Shown here: in pieces, positions 47,996 through 63,824 of the stretch
How positions within the stretch are numbered: the stretch's first letter is position 1
How the letters are laid out: the number at the start of each line of letters is the position of its first letter
Origin: the human T2T-CHM13v2.0 reference genome, Homo sapiens
Assembly: GCF_009914755.1 (NCBI RefSeq)
Contig: NC_060931.1
Direction: 5' to 3' (one strand)
DNA length: 64,000 nucleotides
Notes under the pieces: model-generated
What the model saw: the letters and a program-made list of their open reading frames with translations, nothing else
Told to the model about the DNA's origin: nothing
The model's database searches: none
Program-made: the position numbers and the translations under genes

Positions 47996-49937
47996 ATATT
48001 TTAGCATAGTCTCTGGGATAGCATATATGCTCAATCAAAAGAGCTATAATTATTGCAGTAGTAAATAATAATATATCGGGTATATGCACTTAAAATAATA
48101 TGGGTCCTGCAGGTGGCAGTTCTAGGTTTGGAATTTAGGATAATGAGCTGAACATAAATTAACATGGTAATGCAATCAACTGAATAAACAAGATCTCATT
48201 GAGAAGAATACTAAGAGAGGAATGCCATGACATAGGAGGGTAGAATCCAGGGATGCACCGACATGGGCATGTCGACATTGTGAACCCAGGAAAGATACTG
48301 AAAGCAAGTATCCAGAGAAACAGAGAAAGGACCAGGAGTGAGGTATAATGGAAGTCAATGAAAGGTAGACATTTTGGAAGGACGAAATGCTCAATAGTCA
48401 TCACACGCTTCAGAGTAGATAGTACCACAAAAATGGTAAACAACAAATGCTGAGATATAAATTATTAAAACTGTGGGGATATTTAATGATTAGAGATGAA
48501 TCTTCAGAATAAAAACTGTCTAAAAACAGCAATGAAAGATTTTTCAAGATTGTTCAAAGACAAGAAAATTCACGTAACACACGCTCTTTACATTTGATTC
48601 TCTCAAAAAAAGAAGTGATAGCATAATAAAAAGAATACACCTTATGTTTGAATTTATATAACTAGAGGTTGACATAAGTGGGCCAAGGAGGCAGACCCCA
48701 GGCTCACTGAATTGAGTGGGGTCTTGCACAGACAGATGGGTAGTAGGAAGAAATCATAGATCTCATCTTAGAGTTAAAATCTGAGATCAAAAATGCATCT
48801 AAACCAGTAAAATTGCCATATTTCAAAATAAGAATATAAATAATACAAAAATTCTAGAAGTCTTCAAGACAACACTTAAATGAATAAAAACAACATTTAA
48901 ATTAACCTAAAATGTAAAGTATTTTTATATGGCTCTCATTTTATTTAATTAATCTTATTTACCATAGGATGTCTAATAAACCTTACATGAAGAAAGGAAA
49001 TTTAGAATTAGTTATTGCTATACTCAGCAATATGGAGGTATTTTCTTTTCCTCTATTTTTGTAGTTTGAGAAAATGAAGCATTTTTAATAATTTTGTGAA
49101 ATAAAGGCATTTAAAATACAACCAGTATTTTACAGATAATTAGAATCATAAGTGGTACAAAATGAGTAATATGATTAATTTCTAGGTTGACCTTTAGAAA
49201 AGTATTTTTCTATCATTTCTTAGTTGTTATAATTTTATTATATCAAATGGAAGTTCCAGCCATTTAATTTCCATGTTGTTTTTCAAAATGAGAAGTGCAT
49301 CATGGATATAAAATAGTTTGTTTTTTAAAATAACTTTAATTTTCAAAGTAATTTGGGTTTTGAATATGAATATTGTTTGAATATCTGCTTCTCTTCCTAC
49401 CAAGGTTCGTTCTTTTCATAGTTACTTTACTCATGCATTTTCATTTCTATACTTATTGAATTAAGTAATTATTTTGCAGGTAGTTAAATTTATTGTTCAA
49501 TAAAATTTTTTTTTTAAAAAACAGCTAATAGCAGTGCATAACTTTCTTCATGGATGTGTCATCATTTTAGGTAGCCTCTAACCTAGATGAGAGCCCTCAA
49601 CATTGCAGATATATAATGTGCATCTCCAGCAAAATTGCCCATAAGAATAACTTCATTATTCTGGGAAGCTAGATCTATAAAATATATAAAATGTTGAAGT
49701 GTTCTGCCTTTACAATTCCTGGTAAGTAGCAGCACGACTAAGTGATAAAACCTGAGTCAGCGTCATTTCAAGCATATCGTTCTAGAAAGCGTATTTTGAC
49801 AGAAGGAAAAAGGAAATATAGTGGACAAAGGTGTTCTGTTTCAGAGTAACGACGTATTTTAGATCTATATACTTCTACCTTGATTGATGAAAAATTATCT
49901 CTAGAAGCTTTTAATGGTATACGATACTGATAAGTCA

Positions 49938-50078
<141 letters not shown>

Positions 50079-51571
50079 CTAGAAAAACAGAAAGGGGGAT
50101 AGTATCAAATTCTACATGACAACGCCTAACATGGGGGAGATTATATTTCAATCGAGATACAGCAAACACATTAAAAGTACAATAAAGAAATTATAAGAAC
50201 AAATAAACAGAGTCATAAAGAATTCATAATACATTTGTCCTTATATATGAACCCTAAATAAACCATCTAGCAGCTTCTGTGACCCATTCTATACATTTTA
50301 TAATTCTCAGAAATGTTTATATTAAAAATGTACTTTAGGTTTTACACCAAAGAACCCTGATTTCTTTGACAAACACAAATTATTGTCCATTACAGTTCTT
50401 CCTTTGCTTATCTGTTAGCATAATCTTGAAACCACTGTGCCTGTGTATGCTTTTTTTTTTTTTTTTTTGACCCTCCTGTTTTCTCAAAGTCATTCCAAAG
50501 TGCACAGCTCAGTATGGGGCATAATTGATCCCATCATTAGTTTTAACTTTGTAATTCAATATGTAAATGTAACCAGAGATTCATCTCAGTAGGAGCAGGA
50601 TATAAATAAAAGAAGATGATTATGATTATAAAAATTTATCTGTATATTGTATTTATCAGCTCAACGTTAAGTTAGTATATAATCATACAATGTCCTATTT
50701 ATTTTTTAATATGTATGAGCCCAAACTAATATTTTTATTAACCTGGTCATAAGTTTACATTAAGGTGTTACAACGTGGTGTTTTAAATAGTGATGTTTTA
50801 AAACTGAGATGGTAGTTTTTTAAAGAATTACACAGATTTGGTAAAATAATACTTGCTTGAGGGCATCTAGAGATTTCTCCCTCCTGCACTATGCATTAAT
50901 TTGATATGAACTCTTCATACTTTAGAAAAAAATATACATTTCAATAAGATAACATGTTATGTTCAAAACAAAAAAGAGCCACATTATTTTTCCATTTTGA
51001 ATCAAAAGCTACCTCATTTAAGCCTTGGCTGCATTAATTTCCACAACATACATACCTTTGTGAGCAGTTAATTATCAACTAAGCATAGGAGTCTAATGAG
51101 AGTTGATTTATTTTTAGTAATAGAACAGTATCAAAGAGGTATTTCTGCGGTCCTAGAATCTAACACTGCTGTCATGCTAACTCCCTGCATTGGAGTTAAG
51201 ATGACTTGTACTGTAATTAATGCCCATTAGGTTACATTACATGAAATAAACGTATCTTTCCATGTTCATCCATAATTAGCAGCTCTGCTTCTCAGGGGCA
51301 TATAAACTTCTCTATAAAAAAGTGATTTAATTGTATTAGGCACTACTGGTCTTTGTCAAGAGGCAAGAAGTGTTGAAGATAGAGAAGCAGCTGAATGCAC
51401 AATAGAACTAAATAAACTGATACTCAGAGCAAATTAAAAGGTATAGTTTCCTCAAAATAAAATTAGTGACTTGTTTAAAATGTATTATTAATTTATTGGA
51501 CCTAGTAATTAACTTTCTTAGAATCTGCCATGGCCATGGATGTTTGGATTTAGAGTTAACAGATTAGCAAG

Positions 51572-52018
51572 TGTTGGGATGGATCAATTTCTCCCAAAAG
51601 ATATGCTGAAGTCCTAACTTCTGGGACCTTTGAATGTGAACTTAATTGGAAATACGGTCTTTCTAGATGTATTTAAGCTAAGATGTTGGTTTAGCTGGAC
51701 CCTAATCCAATGACTGGTGTCCTTATAAGAAGAGGGGAATCTGGACAGAGAGACAACGGCACAGAGAGGAGAAGTCCCTCTGATAACATAGGTCGATATC
51801 TGAGTGATGCACTACAAGACAAAGAATTCCAGGGATTGCTGGCAACCACCAGAAGCTAGGAAGAAGCAGAAAAGGATTCTTCCAGAAAGCCTTCAGAGGG
51901 AGGATGACCTGCTGACATTTGGAATTCTAGCCTCCAGAGCTATGAGTGAATACATTCTTGTTGTTTTAGGCACCTATTATATGACATTTTGTTACAGCAG
52001 CCCTAGGAAACTAATAAA
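51572..52018 (+). mobile_element. MLT1 (MaLR) solo LTR, MLT1C-like
   Basis: ccctaatccaatgactggtgtccttataagaagagg...accaccagaagctagg...ttgttacagcagccctaggaaactaa. Confidence 0.88.
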
Positions 52019-53374
52019 CCCAGTACTATGAAAACGGCACTAAAACCAAAGAGAGATTATGGGTCTTAAGACTCTGCTGCACTATGGATGTCACAGAGAA
52101 AGAGCTTTGGCTCTTTAATCTTGGGCAACTTCCTTAAAACTGAGAAAACAGACGCTAAGAACCCTCTACAAAAAACAGATCTGAGATAAAAACCTATTTG
52201 TGTTTACAGCAAGAAAGTGTTGAAATATTATTCTTGATTACAGTGTAAAGCTAAACACGTGACTCTGAAGGCCACAGGGGCAGGACATACTGAGTCTTAT
52301 GCCAACGCTGACTACAGATGCAGTCAGAGGCCTCAGCCTCCTCCACACCTCCATCCATGTGTTTCCAACAATTTGCAACTGACATGGTAAAGGACGACTA
52401 AGCTCTCTGTATAGTTATTTGAGGGTTACTGATGTAAGAAAGGATGACAAAAATAAAATTAATTTGATGATAGTTTGGGGGCATTTAGGCTAGTTTCCCA
52501 GAAGGAAGGAAAGAATCGAAGACTCAGATAGAATCATGCAATAGATGAGCTTACCAGAGTGTGTGTGAAGGGGCAACTCTGTATATTGGGATTTGGGAGT
52601 TTCAGAGCATAGGTACTGACAGTTGATTCCATGAAATTCTGGTCTTTGCAGAGCCAAATAAATCTAGTATGGGATTTCCCAGTTTGATTGCCGCTGTGGT
52701 CCTGAGTTTTGTCTAGGCGGTCGTAAGGCACTCCCCAAGACATAGGAGGATCTATAAGTTTAGTAACCATACTATCATCTGTTAAACAGAGTCACACAAT
52801 GCAAGAAAATTCTCCTAACCAAGAAGTCTATATTTGATAATATGCAGGAATACCTTATGCTTGTATTAAGACTAGAATCTGGCAGCTAATAAATACATTT
52901 TCTTAACCATCAACATTATGACGTTGTTTGTAGCCAAGAGTGTTAAAACTGAGGGCATCATGTTAGGAGTACGGATCATTTTACAAGTCGTGAATCAAAT
53001 TTGTATGACAGGTTTAGTTTATGCATCATATTTCTTGGAGATATACTTGAGGAAAAAATATACAATGTGAAAGCCAATGTGAAAAATGTGTATCATTTTC
53101 AGGACCACCTATAAAGTGTAAAAGTGAATATCATCTTTGCTGTGAACTTAAAATTGCTCTAAATCATAAAGTCTATTTTAAAAAGCAAAAATCAACAAAA
53201 TTATACAATAGAATTCAAAAGCTACAAATTTTTTTTCTTTAAGATACTGGTAATATTTTGTTTCCTGATCAGGTACTGCTTACAGAACATTCATGTGGGG
53301 AAAATTCATTGGGCTCTGCCCTTTGGATATAAATGCCTTTCTGTATGTACACTTTCCTTCAATGAAAAGCTTTT

Positions 53375-53643
53375 TATAGTTTGAAAGAATGAATAAGACC
53401 TACTATGTGATAGCACAACAGGGTGACTACAGTCAGTAATAATTTAATTGTACATTTTAAAACAACTTAAAGAAGGTAATTGGATTGTTTGCAACTCAAA
53501 GGATAAATGCTTGAAAGGATGGATACCCCATTCTCCATGATGTGCTTATTTCACATTGCATGCCTGTATCAAAACATCTCATGTGCCTCATAAATGTATA
53601 TACCTACTAAGTACCCACAAAATTAAAAATAAAAAAATTAAAT
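53375..53643 (+). mobile_element. L1MA1/2-like 3' end with A tail
   Basis: gaaagaatgaataagacctac...gatagcacaacagggtgact...gtacccacaaaattaaaaataaaaaa. Confidence 0.85.
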
Positions 53644-56299
53644 AAGTGAATATCATCAACAATAGAAAGTTGCTTAAACTTATCATCATATTTCGTGGAC
53701 AAGAATATAAGAAAAAGACACAGCTGGGTCCTTCTCAGTGTAAATAAGATGCTGAAGGCTGACTATTGTTTTAAAGATAACCTATATCCCAAATCAGCAA
53801 AATCCTAAACACCAGGGTCCTCATCAAGAATAGAAATGAACTAGAGCATTGAAGATGCTGCCTCTTTAGTAAAATAACCAATAGCGCACCAGAGAAAATC
53901 AAATGTTTACTATTTAAAATTTAAAAAAACATTTTTGTTCAGTTATCTTTGTATTTTTTTCAAGCCAAGGCATAGAAATCCTTAGCTCATTTTTAAATAT
54001 ACATCCAGAAATTCCCATTCATGTTAAGGGATTCAGTGCCATATGTAGGAAAATCATATAATAGAAACCAGCTTTTCCTGGAAGTGAATTAAACACTTGG
54101 AAATAATTTCAGAGTTTATGACAACTTCCAGTAGCACCTAATTTAGAGCCAGATCTATGTTTATTAGAAAAAGCTGTCTCAAGATAGAAAGAAAAAGAAA
54201 GTGTGTGGATGTCTGTGTGCATGTGTGCCGGCATATAGTTCTATGGATGGAGTTAGGAAGAGTGGCTGCGCTGGTCAGAGAAGAAAATGGGATCTGAGAA
54301 GTCAAAAGGAGGAAAAATGGAAAATAAGTGTTCATAGGAATTTAGAGGAAAATAAGAAGAGAAATAAGCTACTTTTCTAAAGAAAAATTTGAAGACCTGA
54401 TTTGGAGGCACATATTTACTGGTTCACCTGTTACACTGGCCCCTAATATTTTGCAGTTTGGGGTACTTCCTAAGACTGGCATTTACTGAAGCAGAAATGT
54501 TTCCATGGCATTGGAAACCTTTAAACATTACTGTTAGGAATTTAGTATCTTAATAAACAATATTATCTCTATATCATAGCAAAAGTTAGTAATTCATTTT
54601 TATGAAATAGGTGTTATTTTTTCAAGCCTAAATAAAATCCCTCAACTTCCCATCCTGGTGAGTCCTGCCTGACCAGTGAGAGCTTACCTTGACAAGCAAT
54701 GATTCACAACATGTTATACAACGAAGGTCAAGAAAACACAGTTTCAGAAGAAATGAACAGGTATAAGCAGTGGGATATTAAGGATGTTAGTAATCAAGAC
54801 AGAAAAGAGAACTGAGGTGAATATTTTGCCTGTCACAGAGGATTGAAATATAAAACACAGAGACTGGTTGCCTAATTATCAGAAGGCAGTTTTCCACTGA
54901 TCTTTCCTAAGCTTTTCGTATTTTTAATTTTGAAGTGGCTAGATTTACAAATGAACAGAAAATTTCATTCTAAGAGCCTAACTTTATATCTACAAGATAG
55001 CCAACTAGTAAATCAAGAAACTGCAAGTATGAACTGAAAAATGGGTGTGAAAATTGATTCTTAAGTATTTGTTTAAGTTTACTTGCATATCTGATGGAGA
55101 TTTGAGTATTACAGGATGATATTATAAAACAAAACTTAAATAGGACATATGTTTGAAATTTAATATTCTACTGTAAGAATAGCATATCAGAGATTAAAGT
55201 GATCTTACTGAAGACTTTTCTACACTCAGTACTTTGTCAAGAACTTCAGGTGATTAGGAAAAAATGTGTGACATGGACAAGCAACAGGAGCGGGCCATAG
55301 TTAACAGTGCAAACGATGTTAGACTATGGTGTGAAACCAATGGAGAGCATTTGAGTTTTTCCTTTGGATGTGGAATGTAAGTACAGAAATTATTCAGAAT
55401 CAAGATATATTAGCGTCAAGAAAAATTTCAAGGAAGACAGGTAACCTAACTTGTTTCCTAAGGTATGATTAGAATTTAAGACAGGTGCATTCAAGGGACC
55501 GGGATGAACAAAATAGTAGGCATGAGGGAAACATGGCCTCCCCAAGGGACTGCCAACAGAAATACACAGCTATGGCAGAGGGTGTGTGTAGAAGAGGAAT
55601 ATTATATACAGTTATGTTTAGGTTTGATTCTGATTTCTAAAGAACTAAAAACCAACTTGATGCAAGGGGTGTTGAGGGCTGCATTTATTATCACAGAACT
55701 ATTATAGATTGCTAAAGAAGGCATATAACAAACTAGTATTTTCAGAAGATCTTTCTGGAGGTGGTATGCAGCCTGCATTATAGGAAAAGTACCTTCTGTT
55801 AGGGAGATGAGCCAAGAGATTTTGACTCTAATCTAGTCAAGAGGTGCTAAGAGCTTGCACTAGGGCTGCGAATGTGGAGACAAAACCTCAAATCTGAGAG
55901 AGATATTTTAAGTAGGAAATGACAAGACTCAGTGACAGGTTGTGTACAAGAGATAAAGGTAAAAGACAAGAGTAAAAAAAATTGACTTCAAACTTTTTTT
56001 CCAGTGACTGGAAGCATGACAATACCAGGTCTGATAGAATGAGAGAGTTGTAGTAACAGTCTTTGGGAATAAAAATCAGTCAGTTGGGCTTAGGATTTAG
56101 TGAGATTCAGGACCACAGGATTCTGGATGTTTTTTTGAGTGCATGCAGGTGCTGTTCTGACTCAGACTGGACAACTATCCATCCTTCTACAGGAGAGAGA
56201 GAAATGACGTAAGTGTTCTTCATGGAGTGCCCTCTGGAAACCAGGGATTGGTTTATGTGCACCCAAATGTATTTATGTATTTCATAATACCCACAAATA

Positions 56300-56520
56300 T
56301 AATTGTTACTTACTAAGCACTTAATATGTATGAGGTCTTGTCCTAAACATATCTACAGAGAATTTTTTGCCCCTTTAATCCTCATAATAATCTAATAACT
56401 TAGGTATCATTAACTCCATTTGACACATTAGGAAATTTGTCTAAACTGGTTACATAAATGGCCCAAGATGGCACAACTAGTAAGTGAGGAGACGATCTTA
56501 AGAATCTGGTTGGTCTGAGT
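56300..56520 (-). mobile_element. MIR SINE relic
   Basis: tttaatcctcataataa...taggtatcattaactccatt...gcccaagatggcacaactagtaagtg. Confidence 0.65.
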
Positions 56521-58463
56521 TGCAACAGTCAAATCATTTCCAAAAGTCATACATAAAAGGAAGTAATGGCTTTTGGACAAACCCTGAAAGAAAGCCAAGC
56601 ATCATTCTTTCTGTTTCTCTCTACAATATATTCTTCACGGAACCCGAATTTCAGATAGGCCTTTCTGAAGCCAGCACTGGCAGTGCCATATCCCATTACT
56701 CCCATAACTTCTGCTAGCTCTTTGTTATGTCCATAGTACTTTCTGGAAAGTGTAAGAGCAAAAGAAAGTACATTCAGTTGTTTAAAGGCAAGCAGTAGTA
56801 GTAGATACTCATCAGTCAAGAGCAGATCAATTTTATGCTGAAATTTTCATGCAATGGTTCAATAGAAAACTATAAATACTACTAAATACATAAATGTTCT
56901 GAGGTAAATATATCCTGTTTAACCAAGGCACAAAATCAATAATTAAGTAAATGTGTCCCTAAAATTGCTTAAAATTAAAAATCCGGAACTGGATGGAGGC
57001 TGAAGTGACTTTTGAGAAACTGATAGAGTCTCCTGGATATATGATAACTTTTTAAAAATTTGCACAAGTTGTGTTTTATGAACTTAATACCCATAAGACC
57101 CCTAAAGCTCATTGTTTATAGAAAATAAGGCTGAGGATGGATAAAAGTCTCAGGACTTTAGAGAGTTTAGTAAGAGGGCAGCCTTTTTTTTTCTTTCTGA
57201 CTCTGCCTTAACTCCACCAGAGATCCCTGGTTAGCCTTGTTTCCTAAATAGAGCTTTGAGATTGATTAGTTGATTTATTTATTAATAATTTTGAACGTGG
57301 GGATTTAAGACATTTGCTGTTTATGTTGTGCTTTGCCATAATGACAAACAAAATCACATTCAGCTATTCAATGGTATTTAGTGTAAGAATAAAATGTTAA
57401 GGGTATATTGTCTTATCTGATTTGAGACATATGATATTTAGATTTTTAAAAGTACAGTCTATTGAAAAGTGATATCCTTTTTCCTGTAAAAGAAACTGCC
57501 TCTTTTCCTGTAAGGCTAGGGTCAGGATCAAGACCAAAGAAAAATGAATAACTTGTGAATGGTAGGGCTAGGTGTGGATTCTGAAGTACCAGATAAGAAG
57601 AACCATTAAAACAAAAAGGAAAACAATGAGAAAAACAAAAAGCAAAACCATGAGGAAAACAAAATGGAATATAATACAAGGAAAGGAAGAATTTTAAGAT
57701 GCTTTGTGTACCAGTAAGAGACCACTAGCAATGGTAACTTTGAGGACAGTGGTTCTCATGACTGGAAAGGGTAGAAGACAGACTTCATGGAGATTAAATA
57801 GAGAAAGAATGAGAGGATTCAAATACAGAAAATTCTAACAGCTTTGAAAGCTTTTCCATTAGAAAAGGCAGCAATGCATGTTTTTAGAGGGTTCAAACTG
57901 AGTACACACTTAAAAACATTGATTTTTTAAGAACTAAAAAAGAAAATATGAATAATAAACCTAAGACAATAAGTTTGTAATTTATGAAGAATAGGTAAAC
58001 AATTGGAGATACAAAGAAGAAATTATTTCTAATATTATCTAATCTCAGCTTATGTTAAAGTTAAGATATAACCAGTGAAATATTCACTATATGAAAAAAA
58101 TAAGAGGAAGCTCCCTGCAAGGTCTGAAACAAAAATGACATATGTTTGTAAATGCTTAGCAAAAAAAAAACTGGTTTTTAAAAATCTACATGAATGTTTT
58201 TAAAAATGAAGTAGTTATGATCTTCTTAAAACTGGGAATTCAATGTTTGAGTAATTCATGTGTAAAATTTGAATCATCGTTAGACATTTTATTATACTAA
58301 CCAAACACTTTTAAAAAACTATCTTTCATAATGAGAAAATTTCAAATGTAAACATAATTTAACTAATAGCTGAAAATGATTGCAGAAAATGTGTTCATTT
58401 AAAGGAAAGTACTTAATTGTATTTTTGAAAAGTAAGTCAGTTGTTTTTCTCATCATTCTGTAT

Positions 58464-58517
58464 GAGTGTGCATGTGTGTGTGAGTGTGTGTGTATGTGTG
58501 TGTGTGAGAGAGAGAGA
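58464..58517. repeat. (TG)n-(AG)n compound microsatellite
   Basis: Seen directly. Confidence 0.8.
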
Positions 58518-59560
58518 AAAAGAGAGCATTTAAGAGAATTGTTTAAGCCCTGGGTTGAGGGTGGGGCACTTGGGGACACAGTGGAGACAGTTATTTACTT
58601 AACTGATTCAGTGCCTCCTACTGTTTTATTTTGACAAAAGTAAAAACTTTAGTCCTGTAACACGAATACTCACTCTAAGCTGGGAAACAAAACCTCAGCC
58701 CCATAAATATTTTGTACTACATTATCAAAAATAGCTATTATTGAAAATGTGTGATTCTAATTAACTTACAGAAATTACACATATAACTGTAGAAGTACCA
58801 TCTAACAACTGCATTCATTCCAAAAATTTTTTCAAGCTAGATTTGACAGTCATTCAAACCAGGTGAAATTCCCAAGTGTCCCAGAAAAGACCAATTTATC
58901 TCTTCTTACTTAATTGTGAACACCATCAAGACAAGCATTTACATCAGTCTCTCTTATACCCCAATGCATGATTTAACTGAAAGAGGAAGGCAACAATATG
59001 TTGGAAGAAGCGTAAGATGAATTTTTAGATGCATCAAGACCTGAATAAAACACGGTCTACTTGCCCTTCTATCTAGTCACGTGGTCAAGGACAATCTGCT
59101 TAACTTTTTTTGGTCTTAGTCTTCACTATGTACTTAAATCATTGAAGCTCATTGTTCATTTTTCTAACCCTTTTAAGCCCATAGATTTTATGACTAAAAT
59201 AAGTTTACAATAAGCAAACCAGAAAACCCTTATTAAACAGGGTTGTGGAGTAAAGGGAGAGCTGAGTTCTACCCAAACAGTATCCTATTCTTATTGCTTA
59301 CTCCTAGCCATGGCCTCTGATTACCTTCCTGGGAACCTCTAACACTCCATGGAACACAGTTTAAAAACCATACCATGGTATCATCTCTTAGATTGTCACC
59401 AGCTCTAAAATTCAGGACTCTATGGGGACAAATCTGACCCTGAGCCTATCTCTTTGCAAACAAGCTGAAATGAGAAGTTTCCATGGTTTTATGCTTACAC
59501 TCAGTTTCAGGAAGCCCTTCTAGGGTAGGACTTTCAGAGAGTATGATATACACGTCTTCA

Positions 59561-59964
<404 letters not shown>

Positions 59965-62294
59965 TTAACAGAACCTCATTTCATATCCACTGCTCCCTAA
60001 TCAATCCAATCAGCCACATCAAGGAGAAGTCCAAGTCGACTGTTTTTACCATGGAATATAAAAGGCCAATTAGTACAGGAAATATTATGCATGTGAAAAA
60101 CCAAGGCTCCTCTATCATGGCATAGCAGGAAATGCTTAATTAAATCAGTCCTCACTCAAATTTTTCACAATAATTCCCAGATGACAAAAATATTAAAGAC
60201 AAATTGATGACTGCCAAATGGCTTGGTGTCATTTGCTAGAAGGAAGAGATCTATATTTTACAAAGTATAGGTATGAGAGCAGCTGGCGGGTATGGGAATA
60301 AAAGCCCATGAGTTTATGCTATTTTGTCTCTTATCTAAATCTTAAATGGCTGATTAGTCTATTTCCAGAGAAGAGATTTCATCATACATGCCAGGCCTTT
60401 GGTGAAAATTCATCCTTCACTTGCCATCATGGCATCGTTTGTCCAAAAGCAACAGCCTTTGCTGGGCGGCATATTGTATACATATGGAAAAATTTATGTC
60501 ACTATGCAAATGTATACCTACACATAAGCAAATATATGTATCTATGTATATATATAATACGTGTCAGAAAACCAAGACATACATTTTTGGCATCTTCAAA
60601 TTCTTTATGGTTTGAGTCTGAATATGATTTAGGGTCAACTACATGTGTTCTTTTAATAAAATGTTGGTTCCAGATTAAGGGTTCTAAATGCATAAATATA
60701 TAAAACAGTACTTAAAAATAAACATATAGCCTCCTCAATAAAAACAAAAGCAAAAAACTAACCACTGCCTCAAATTAAAATGAAAAACACTAAATCTAAA
60801 TAATATTTATATAGTAAAACTCTCCCAAAATATTCATATCTGTGATTTTCTTTGGCAACATTGAGGGAGAAAACATGTTTTCTCTTCTCCTCCGTATTAA
60901 AAATAATATTGAATATTGCATTCACCACACTAATCAGTAAAAACTTATGAGCAAAATTCTCATTCCTCATATAATATCACTCATCTTATTTGAGACTTAT
61001 CATTTTGTTTTATGTGTTCTTGTTAACAGACTGTACCATAAAAATTCCTTTTCTTAAATATAATAGAACTTTAAAAACAAAGTACTTCCTTTGTATAGGG
61101 AGAATGTTCTAGTGTAACTAACATGTAACTAAACTTTCAAACGTAGCTGTCAGAGACTATGTTACACATGGCAAATTTCAGGTAACTTTATTAAAATTCG
61201 TAAATAGTTCAGAAATCATATGCATATGTGGCATTAAAACATGGTATTAAATTTCAAGTAACACAGCTGAGAGAAAGGAAATTCTCAAACATATTACCAA
61301 AGAAGCTGCTAGCTAACGACAAACAAACAAACAAACAAAAAACCTATAAACCATGGATGGTATTGGAAGCCAGTAAGAAATTAGATTTAATGAAATGCAC
61401 AACAATGGAATGTATCTAATGAACTTGACAGTTTCAGTAATTCTGTACAAGCTGAAAAGGTTGGGGAGAGATAAATTGATGGATTAATGGAGAACTTAAA
61501 TGAAGGGGTTATAATATCTACCCTTTTTTATCAGGACTATCATGGATTGTAAAATTTTCTCAGGTAGATATGCTGTAGATTTAAAATTACTTAGGTGATT
61601 TTATAAACTAACTGTTATATACACTATAAGAACATTCTAATTGGCAGACCTGAGTTAACAGAATAAAATGAAAATTGCAAAGATGGGTGAACTGAAATTT
61701 TTAAAATGGCCACGACTCATTAATCATCAATGCTCTGCATTCCAATGTCTATTAACCATATATGAAGATTTTCTTTCTGTTAGCATTGAAAATAATAGGC
61801 TTGAGGTGTAAAATTAGTTCGTATATCTTGCGATTTCCTAATTTTAATGCAAATCTATTTTTAATCAATTAATGTAACTTAAACAAAATACCCAAAGGAA
61901 TCAACTCATTATAAGATGTTCATGTGAATAAAGTCACTAACATGTGGGGAGGGGGGGATGAATATGAATAAGATGTAAGTATGAAAAACTAGTGGAAATA
62001 TTCAAAATAATCCCTGAAGAAATGGGAAACATGAATAAATTAAACTACAGTGGAAAGAAAATTGCTGAAGACTTGGAAAATGTCCTTCATTTTTTTCCAA
62101 CGGTAGGTTTTTCCAAAACTGAAGAAATTAGAGTAACCTAAATATTCAAAAACACACTACAGGAAAATATAAATCACATGTACAGAGACAGTCCAGATCA
62201 GATCTTAGGTCTCCATTTACAAATAAGACTATTCCATGAAATCAACCTTTCCTCACTTGAGGAGATGATGTCCAGGCAGAGCAAATGTACTCAC

Positions 62295-62412
62295 AGGAAC
62301 AGCAGAGGCCCTGCTTCCCCACGCCAATCAGCATGTTCAGGCAAAGGTTGCAATAGGCAGGTTTGTTAAAGTGCTTCAGTCGCCACACGTGCTGTCCATC
62401 ATCCTTCACGTT
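62295..62412 (-). CDS. DGKB: DGKB coding exon (118 nt), N-terminal part of C1A zinc finger
   Basis: Minus strand ...tcccatgcag|AAC...TCCT|gtgagt; translates [39 protein letters not shown](F), recognised as DGKB; phase 0 in, phase 1 out. Confidence 0.97.
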
Positions 62413-63824
62413 CTGCATGGGACGTAAGAGAAACAGATTTCACTTAATGAAATAAACAGTGAAAGATGTAAGTGCCAATGAAATTCAGAGCTGGACTGAA
62501 GCATGTGAAGACAATCTGTTATTTCATCCCTGACTTTCTCCAAGATCACCGCAGAGCCTTTAGAAAAACACATGTGCTCCAGTGAAATGAGATAGTGCTA
62601 ACAAATCACCGATGCTATAGCAACCCACAAATCCTTGTCTAATATTAACAGCTCAACAGCGTACCCCAAGCCATCGTCATGACCTGCCAAATGGATCAGG
62701 GACGTGATTGCCTCTTCTTTAAATACTTTATCCTTAGCACAATTCCATAAACAAATAAATAAATAAAGAGAAAGAGAAAATACCCTTCAGTGGAACAGCC
62801 TGACAAAGAAAAACCTGCAAAGACGTCATTAACCCTTGCTTACTAGTAGTAATATACAAAATTCATGATGGTGATCAGGTCATGTAAGGTGGCAGAGGAA
62901 TGGGATGGGATGGAAAACTAATACTAAAAGGTAAGTTATTGGTGACATACTAGGGCTTCATTCGAGGAGTCCTTATACTATATTCCAATTTATATTAATA
63001 CATTGAGTATGCCACAAATAGTATATTTTAAAAGGCAAACTTTTTAAAGGATTTCATTATGTTACCATTTTGTTTACCCCCTTATAAAATATAAGTAGTT
63101 TTAATCTCACAGAAAGATGGTAAAAATATTAAAACTGTATTAATATTTTTATTTATAACAATCACTATGGTTATTTGCCACAATACAACCTTGGGTTTAA
63201 ATTAATTCCCACTTTAGCAAAACACTTTATTTTTTTCTCTTCTCAGTAAAACTCTCTATATCATAATAGCTACTCCTGTAGGTATTTAATCACAGCTGCA
63301 TTGTTCAAGATTAAAATAAAATGAAATAATATGATGCTTAGGAATTTCTTGAACTCCTTACAAGAAGGTCAAGATATTAAATGAAATTATTATATATTAT
63401 TACTTTTGCTACCATCATTTTCTCCATTAACATGTACTGTTTGTAGTCTAATCATCAAATTATATCAAACAGATTAACATTTATTGGTATTCTATTGAAA
63501 ACATTATTTGCCATAACTTTTCAGGTTGTCCAAGTTGTCATATTTCTTGGAACACATTCACCTAATAATTTCTGAGCATCTTTTAAGTGCTTGGGCATTA
63601 ACGTTACTCCTGTGGTAGTGAGGCAATATAAATATATTCAGATCATCTTGTTTCTCTTGATAATAAAATATTAATAATAATGCTCCTAACTACCTTTCCT
63701 ATTCCCAGTCAAGGGATAAACCACCAGATTTGTAATACTAGAGAAAATCTACAGTAACTAATTCTTACTTTAGAACCAGAAATGTCAAATTTGCCTCACA
63801 ACATGAAACATTAATGAAATGCTT

